Positions 58,159 to 64,000 of a stretch of DNA of 64,000 nucleotides are shown here, piece after piece; position 1 is the first letter of the stretch, and each line of letters begins with the position of its first letter. The notes below the pieces were generated by a model that was given only the letters and a program-made list of their open reading frames with translations, did not search any database and had not been told where the DNA came from. The position numbers and the translations under genes are program-made. The DNA comes from Fidelibacterota bacterium (GTDB taxonomy: Bacteria > Fidelibacterota > Marinisomatia > Marinisomatales > TCS55): positions 53,756 to 117,755 of the forward strand of contig JBHHTW010000004.1 of assembly GCA_046861385.1 (NCBI GenBank), read 5' to 3'.

Positions 58159-58993
58159 TGAATGGACTTGATGATTTTTTGTATTCGAATACATCATCAC
58201 TTGAAATTGTTTCTCTTTTATTAAGTATCATCTCAATAATTAACTGATGGCATATTCTAACAATTTTTCTTGGGAACCCTTTTGTTTCTTCATGAATAAC
58301 TGCAATCGCTTTATCATCGAAGATTTCTTCCCCTTTTAATAAGCCTGCAATTTCCACACGGTGGTGTATAAACCCGATTGTATCGTTCAAATCCAATGGT
58401 TTTATTTCATATCCAAATGCAATACGATCCTTAAAATTCTCATGTTGATCTAATAATTCTTTTATTTCATGTTGTGCAAAAATAATCACTTGAATCAACT
58501 TGGAATCATTCGTTTCAAAATTCAATAACATCCGAATAATCTCAAGTTGACTGGAACCCATTTTTTGTCCTTCATCAATGATCAAGACATTGTTTCGTTT
58601 TGAGTGAACGGATGAATCAATTAAATAATGCTCTATTTGATCCATCATTTCACTATGCTGAGATAGGTTTCCTTTTAAACCAAACATTTTGGATAAATAA
58701 CTTAAGAATTCACTGCTGGAGTTCCATGTCGGATCAAGAATGAGATGAAATTTGTAATTTTCTCCGAATTCAACAAAGCGCCCTAACAGAAGTCTTGACA
58801 GCATTGTTTTGCCCGTTCCTATCCCGCCAATAACCACATTTAACCCTCGATTTAGACGGAGCGATATTTCCAATCGATCGAGACATTCCCCGTGGCTTTT
58901 CGACTGATAGAAAAACTCCGGTTCCGGCGCCATTGAAAACGGCTCTTTATTTAAGCCGATTAATTCATAATATTCCATTGATGACTTATTCAA
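58151..58993 (-). CDS. ExeA/MshM family AAA ATPase
   Basis: GLNKEPFSMAPEPEFFY, GGIGTGKT, IIDEGQ, GFPRKI. Confidence 0.9.
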   Translation of the reverse strand: MNKSSMEYYELIGLNKEPFSMAPEPEFFYQSKSHGECLDRLEISLRLNRGLNVVIGGIGTGKTMLSRLLLGRFVEFGENYKFHLILDPTWNSSSEFLSYLSKMFGLKGNLSQHSEMMDQIEHYLIDSSVHSKRNNVLIIDEGQKMGSSQLEIIRMLLNFETNDSKLIQVIIFAQHEIKELLDQHENFKDRIAFGYEIKPLDLNDTIGFIHHRVEIAGLLKGEEIFDDKAIAVIHEETKGFPRKIVRICHQLIIEMILNKRETISSDDVFEYKKSSSPFNV

Positions 58994-59084
58994 AATTCTT
59001 ACGCTGCAATTTTGGGTTGTTTAATAATTTTTTGATTAAATTTATTATTTTCCAGTTTTTGAGAATAAATAGTTGATCCAATCA

Positions 59085-59687
59085 TTAGAAGGCATCTCTT
59101 CCAACTTTATTTGAATTCAACAGCAAATCACATGCTTCCTTCATCTCCAATTCTTTAACAGGCTTTTCTAACCATACACCTATTTGCTCCTTTTTTAAAT
59201 CTTGATAGACAGATTCATCCAGATGATCGGAAAAAACAATCAGTCCGATCTTATCCAATTTCTTATTTGACCTCATTATTTTAATAAATTCAATACCCTC
59301 AATGATGGGCTCTACCAAATCTAAAAGGACTAATCTTGGGGTTTTTTCGTACATAATAGAATACCCGGCAAATTCATTTTTTGCAGAACGAATCTTTTTA
59401 TCCGGATAAAATTTACCGAGATGACGCATCATCAGATCTAAATGAGTTTGATCATCATCAACTAAAAGAATATCAAGGTCTCTTGAATGATCTCCAAAAT
59501 ATTTTGGATCAAATGTGAATCCTTGTTTCTTTATAAAGTCTATAAATGCTTTCCTGGCGACTCTGAAATGACCCGAAGGTGTTTTAAATCCTTCAAGATC
59601 ATTTGCTTTAATCCAGTTTTTTACCGTATTGATATCGACTTCACAATATCTGGCGATTTCACCTGTTGTAAAATATTTTTTATGCAT
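59085..59687 (-). CDS. Excisionase/BldC-like HTH fused to a receiver domain
   Basis: FTTGEIARYCEVDINTVKNWI...KTPSGHFRV; LVDDD, LLDL, EKPV. Confidence 0.88.
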   Translation of the reverse strand: MHKKYFTTGEIARYCEVDINTVKNWIKANDLEGFKTPSGHFRVARKAFIDFIKKQGFTFDPKYFGDHSRDLDILLVDDDQTHLDLMMRHLGKFYPDKKIRSAKNEFAGYSIMYEKTPRLVLLDLVEPIIEGIEFIKIMRSNKKLDKIGLIVFSDHLDESVYQDLKKEQIGVWLEKPVKELEMKEACDLLLNSNKVGRDAF

Positions 59688-59717
59688 TTTTCGATGAAGA
59701 AGTTACTAAAATAATAG

Positions 59718-59744
59718 TATTCATGATTTTCATACTATTCATAA
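59718..59744. promoter_or_regulatory. Three tandem 9-bp direct repeats, candidate binding site
   Basis: TATTCATGA TTTTCATAC TATTCATAA, 30 bp upstream of the BldC-like gene. Confidence 0.45.
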
Positions 59745-59846
59745 CTATCTACATTTTAACGAATTTTATATTTTCACACAAGTATATTTAATCTTATATT
59801 TACAGCCAGCCGTCGCAAATCCCATCAATCTGAACAGGAAGAATAA

Positions 59847-61040
59847 ATGAAAAAAATTATATATACCATTCTCATGAGTCTTTGCACATTGAGTGCTCAA
59901 ATTGATTTAGACGTAGAGTTCACTCCATACGTATCATATTACCTCAGTGTGGTAGATATTAATACGGGTGAATCGAATGTACCCATTTTTTTTGCTGAAC
60001 TACAGCGAACCAGTGACTTTCCTGATACCATATTGGTTGATTTAGAATACGAAATCGTTATTGATTCAGATGCCCTTGGCGTGCATAATCAGACGCTGAT
60101 TCGGATTGCAACGGATGAACCACTTTTATTAACCGCTCCCATTAATCTCTCCAACATGGATATTAATTTATCCACGACTCAAATTTTTGATACCCATGGG
60201 AACCCGGTTTCCCTTCGATTTAGAATTGATGAAAAAATTGAGTTAGCACAAGCTGAACAAATGTTTAGTGTTATCACCCAAACCGGTCGTCTTCCAGATG
60301 GTATGTATACATTTCGGCTTATGGCAACCCCCGAAGACGGGCAGGCAGTCCAACAGGAAAATATTCTGAATATTTATAATCCGACTACCCTACAGTTAAT
60401 CTCTCCAGGTGGAGCATTATCTGATATCGCAGGAAATGTAGTTTATACTTCTTTTCCTGTTTTTCAATGGGAATCTGATCCATGTAATATTCCGGGAGGT
60501 TGCGAGTACTTCATTCGAGTTGCTGAATTTAATCCAAGTGAATTCAGTTCGGTAGACCAAGCAATCGAAGCAACCACACGGCTTCCACTTGATCAAAGCG
60601 TCGGTTTTGAATCCGTTGGTTTTGATGCATTATCTTTTCAATACCCGGCTATCAGTGCCGGCGATCTTGAGGAAGGAAAGATCTATGTGTGGCAAATCAA
60701 AAAAGTATTACCGACTACAATGGGAGATGAAGAATTACTGAGCGAAATATTAGCTTTTAAAATTGCTGGCGATGATTGCGTCAGCGAATCTTCAGATAAT
60801 TTAACTCCGACCAATATGGCTCTGATCTCATTGATTGGAGAAGATATTTTTGATGGAATTTTCAAAAGTGGCGGAGAAGCTGAATGCTTTACTCTAACCA
60901 ATAAAATCACATTAAATAATGAAACGGTTGAACTTGATTTTGTTCAATCTCTCATTGCAAATGGAATAGGGGTGATGGATTCCCTTGGGAATCAAACCTA
61001 TCGTCCGGTAGAAATTTTATCTGTGGAGGTATCACAATGA
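59847..61040 (+). CDS. Secreted hypothetical protein (TANFOR-like / Fn3-like domains suspected)
   Basis: Signal peptide; RLPDGMYTF, LISPG...PVFQWES, FQYP...LEEGKIYVWQI. Confidence 0.65.
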   Translation: MKKIIYTILMSLCTLSAQIDLDVEFTPYVSYYLSVVDINTGESNVPIFFAELQRTSDFPDTILVDLEYEIVIDSDALGVHNQTLIRIATDEPLLLTAPINLSNMDINLSTTQIFDTHGNPVSLRFRIDEKIELAQAEQMFSVITQTGRLPDGMYTFRLMATPEDGQAVQQENILNIYNPTTLQLISPGGALSDIAGNVVYTSFPVFQWESDPCNIPGGCEYFIRVAEFNPSEFSSVDQAIEATTRLPLDQSVGFESVGFDALSFQYPAISAGDLEEGKIYVWQIKKVLPTTMGDEELLSEILAFKIAGDDCVSESSDNLTPTNMALISLIGEDIFDGIFKSGGEAECFTLTNKITLNNETVELDFVQSLIANGIGVMDSLGNQTYRPVEILSVEVSQ

Positions 61041-61711
61041 GATTACTATTTATTTACGGAATAATATTTCTTCAAATTCTATTTGGATCCTCGAAAGTGG
61101 GTATTGCAATCAAGGTAGCAGGTGAAGTCAATTTAATTTCTTCAGAAACAAATGATGAAACTCGCTTAAATCCCGGAAAACCGCTTAATAATGATGATAG
61201 AATTACTACGGGTGATCGCTCATTTACTGCAGTAATGTACCTCGATGATAAAACACTGGTGAAGGTGATGGAAAACTCTGAATTAATAATACGGGGTACT
61301 CGGGGAGCTTCTGGAATTAATAAAGAAGTGGATATATCCCATGGCAAATTATCAGCAATGGTTTCAAAACAAAAAGGAAATGAATTCCGAATTTCGACGC
61401 CCACTTCTGTGGCATCGGTAAAAGGAACGAATCTTTTGATATCTTCCAATCCATCCGACGGTGACTCATTTGTCCTTATTGAAGGACTGCTAGAAGTCAC
61501 CAATTCCATCACTGGTGAAACGACTCAAGTTAAAAAAGGTGAAACAGCGAAATCCACTCCTGACGGCTCTCTAAATGTTTCAGAAACAACTGCAAATGAT
61601 CTGGAAGGCTTCCAAGAAGAAGAAGCGATTGAAGAAGGCCCTCAGGAACTTCGATTTGAGATTCAAGACAAAAATGGAAATACTAAACAAATAATCATTC
61701 AAATTAATTAG
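61037..61711 (+). CDS. FecR-domain protein
   Basis: V.GEV, DRITTG, ENSEL, FRISTPTSVASVKGT, EGLLEV. Confidence 0.85.
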   Translation: MRLLFIYGIIFLQILFGSSKVGIAIKVAGEVNLISSETNDETRLNPGKPLNNDDRITTGDRSFTAVMYLDDKTLVKVMENSELIIRGTRGASGINKEVDISHGKLSAMVSKQKGNEFRISTPTSVASVKGTNLLISSNPSDGDSFVLIEGLLEVTNSITGETTQVKKGETAKSTPDGSLNVSETTANDLEGFQEEEAIEEGPQELRFEIQDKNGNTKQIIIQIN

Positions 61712-61723
61712 CGAAGAATTACT

Positions 61724-63976
61724 ATGAAATATGTTAGAATAATATTGATTCTTTTTTCCACATTATGGTCACAGCCAAGTGTACTAATTATCAGTCCTGA
61801 GCCAGATGAAGAGGTCTTGGCTGATAATATTTTGATTGCTGCATCGTTCTATAATTTGGAAAATATCAGTCCAGATAATATTCAACTGATTTTGGATGAT
61901 AAAAATATAACATCCTCTGCCTTTGTTGATAATGATATGATCAGTTATTATTTATCAATTATCGAACCGGGTGAACATAAAATTGAACTCATTACCGGTG
62001 ATGGAGATCCAATTCATTGGACGTTTAGTGCCCTTGGTGAAACGAAGCAGAAAGTAGAACCATTGACATATTCCGGAAATGTGAGAACCAATACCAGCAT
62101 TGACCAGGTGGACAAGGAAAGTTTAAGTGTCAGCCAGCTATTCTTCGATTTTAAGGGGACAGCTTACGAGATATTAAAATTTGACACCAAAATTAAATTA
62201 ACAAACCAGGAAAATAGTTTATATCAACCCAGAAATGTATTTGGATTGAAAATCAATCTTGGAGACGTATTGGCCTTGAACTTAGGAGATACCAATCCTC
62301 AACTATCCCATTATACTTTGACTGGAAAACGCATTCGGGGGTTGGATGCTGCTTTGACATGGGGATGGTTTAATCTTCATGTTGTCAAAGGAGAGATAAA
62401 CCGGAGTGTTCAAGGCGCTTTGGAAAATTCATACAGCTATACAGTTAAAGATGATGAAGATGGAAACAAATTTCTAGCGTTGTCACGACAAGGATACACA
62501 TTTAAACAGGATGTTCTTGCCGGGCGATTGGCTTTGGGGCGAGGGGAAAACTTCCAGTGGGGAATTCATTTTCTTAAAGCAAGGGATGATACGTTGAGTG
62601 TCAAGCATAAAGTGAACGATGCAATCATTACATATAGTGAATCTGATGGAGCACTTGCGGGGTTGGATTCAGGGAATGTATATACTATTTCCGAATTGAG
62701 TAATCCATTTTTTGATTCGGGAGAAGATTGGAAAGGGCCGACTCCTAAAGATAATTTTGTGGTTGGGACAGATCTAACAATTAGCAGCAATAGTAAACGA
62801 ATGGTTCTTGAGGGCGAAATTGCATTCAGCCTTACCAATAATAATATTTGGGGAGGCGCAATGTCGAAAGCGGAAATGGATACATTACTTGATGATGAGA
62901 TCGACGACAAACTTTCTTCATTTGAATTAGGAAATATTCCATTCGATCCCATCGATATAACCGACTTGTTCATTATTAATGAAAATATGGTCCCCCTATC
63001 CCCCATCGATCCGAGTGCATTTGGTGATAGTTCTGATGTTAACATAATTGATGCCATCATGTCCATGCCGTCGTTGGCTTATCGAGGAAGAGCGGTAATG
63101 AATTATTGGGGAAATTATTTCAGCATAGAATACTCACAAGTTGGCCCCGAATTTATGTCTTTTGGAAATCCATATTTGGAAAATAATAAAAGAGAATTAT
63201 TCATATCTGATAAATTAAAACTCTTTAAAAACCGTTTAATGGTTAATATAGGTTATAAACATCAAGATGATGATATTATGACCAATATGGACAATATAGA
63301 GTCTCAAAAAACATTGATCCTCGGTTTAAATATTATACCCGGACCTGGTTTACCTAATGCCAACCTGTCGTTCAAAACCATCGACCGCGATAATGGTGTA
63401 AAGGACATTATTCGCCAAACTGAGTCTACGTTTACCGATAACCGAAAAAATACCCGCACCAACCATATCATGGTCAATTTGAATCATCGTTTCAACTGGG
63501 TATGGTCCCATAATATTAATGCTACTTTGATGCTATTAGATAAAGTAGATAATGTAGCTGATCGAATAAACAATGACCCTCAATATATTGATCCTGGTCT
63601 CACATCAAACGTTATAAACGTTACTTTGACAACAAATCAATACAACATTCCTCTAAAAACGATGGTATCCTACTCGTCCAACTCCAGTGAATTTAGCATT
63701 GGCCCCGATGACAAGGTCAACCAAGATTTTCAATCGGGAAATATTGGGACTGAGTATATGCTAAGCAACGGAAAATATATTATCAAAGCAGGTACAAATT
63801 TTGCAAAAGGGTCTGGTCTTTCAGATGTATCATGGATTGGAGTGAGCGGTGGTATCAAAATAAACATTATTGAACGACTGAGTTTTAGTACCCATGGAGA
63901 ATTCAGATCCAAATTTATTGGTGATGAAACAAATCAATCATTCATCGCGAGAGCAAATTTAGATTATTCCTTTTAA
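61724..63976 (+). CDS. Large outer-membrane beta-barrel with N-terminal Ig-like domain
   Basis: Signal peptide; GEHKIEL Ig-like strand; VGPEFMSFGNPYL; alternating strands; C-terminal LDYSF. Confidence 0.7.
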   Translation: MKYVRIILILFSTLWSQPSVLIISPEPDEEVLADNILIAASFYNLENISPDNIQLILDDKNITSSAFVDNDMISYYLSIIEPGEHKIELITGDGDPIHWTFSALGETKQKVEPLTYSGNVRTNTSIDQVDKESLSVSQLFFDFKGTAYEILKFDTKIKLTNQENSLYQPRNVFGLKINLGDVLALNLGDTNPQLSHYTLTGKRIRGLDAALTWGWFNLHVVKGEINRSVQGALENSYSYTVKDDEDGNKFLALSRQGYTFKQDVLAGRLALGRGENFQWGIHFLKARDDTLSVKHKVNDAIITYSESDGALAGLDSGNVYTISELSNPFFDSGEDWKGPTPKDNFVVGTDLTISSNSKRMVLEGEIAFSLTNNNIWGGAMSKAEMDTLLDDEIDDKLSSFELGNIPFDPIDITDLFIINENMVPLSPIDPSAFGDSSDVNIIDAIMSMPSLAYRGRAVMNYWGNYFSIEYSQVGPEFMSFGNPYLENNKRELFISDKLKLFKNRLMVNIGYKHQDDDIMTNMDNIESQKTLILGLNIIPGPGLPNANLSFKTIDRDNGVKDIIRQTESTFTDNRKNTRTNHIMVNLNHRFNWVWSHNINATLMLLDKVDNVADRINNDPQYIDPGLTSNVINVTLTTNQYNIPLKTMVSYSSNSSEFSIGPDDKVNQDFQSGNIGTEYMLSNGKYIIKAGTNFAKGSGLSDVSWIGVSGGIKINIIERLSFSTHGEFRSKFIGDETNQSFIARANLDYSF

Positions 63977-64000
63977 TCCGTTACATCAATGAGTCTGCTC

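Noticed and set aside
1-64000. Short ORFs antisense to or nested in long genes; CRISPR arrays, tRNA/rRNA, prophage or defence genes
   Set aside because: Nested ORFs are shadows of well-supported genes. No repeat-spacer array, tRNA cloverleaf, rRNA or phage/defence motif was recognised.

Overview
Low-GC bacterial chromosomal window. The T9SS-type C-terminal sorting domains and gene content suggest the FCB group, most like Marinimicrobia; this taxonomy is inference. From left to right: a truncated lipoprotein gene; two secreted proteins sharing a near-identical 242-bp C-terminal sorting-domain block with an in-frame GTAG-type palindrome; a Fur-boxed porin / FMN-binding protein / membrane protein operon; a TetR-fadE-fadA-hlyIII-fadN beta-oxidation cluster; Na/Pi transporter + PhoU; an IS3 scar; a Cys/Met PLP lyase; acetoacetate-CoA ligase; PPi-PFK + class II aldolase; a thiN / SSF / CYTH / Na-Pi / DUF2490-like run; a TetR + two MMPL + LolA-like + cupin + beta-barrel operon; a ~190-nt highly structured intergenic element; a cold-shock gene; and an O-antigen-ligase/TPR gene. 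Then comes a ~22-kb type IV filament locus (6 pilins, PilB/C/D/T/U/Q/O, a PilP-like protein, fused PilM-N, ExeA/MshM ATPase, sigma54 activator, BldC-like regulator) whose tip pilins carry Asp/His tracts. The window ends with a secreted protein / FecR / large outer-membrane barrel operon. No tRNA, rRNA or CRISPR array was seen. All calls are by eye from motifs; no database searches were run.
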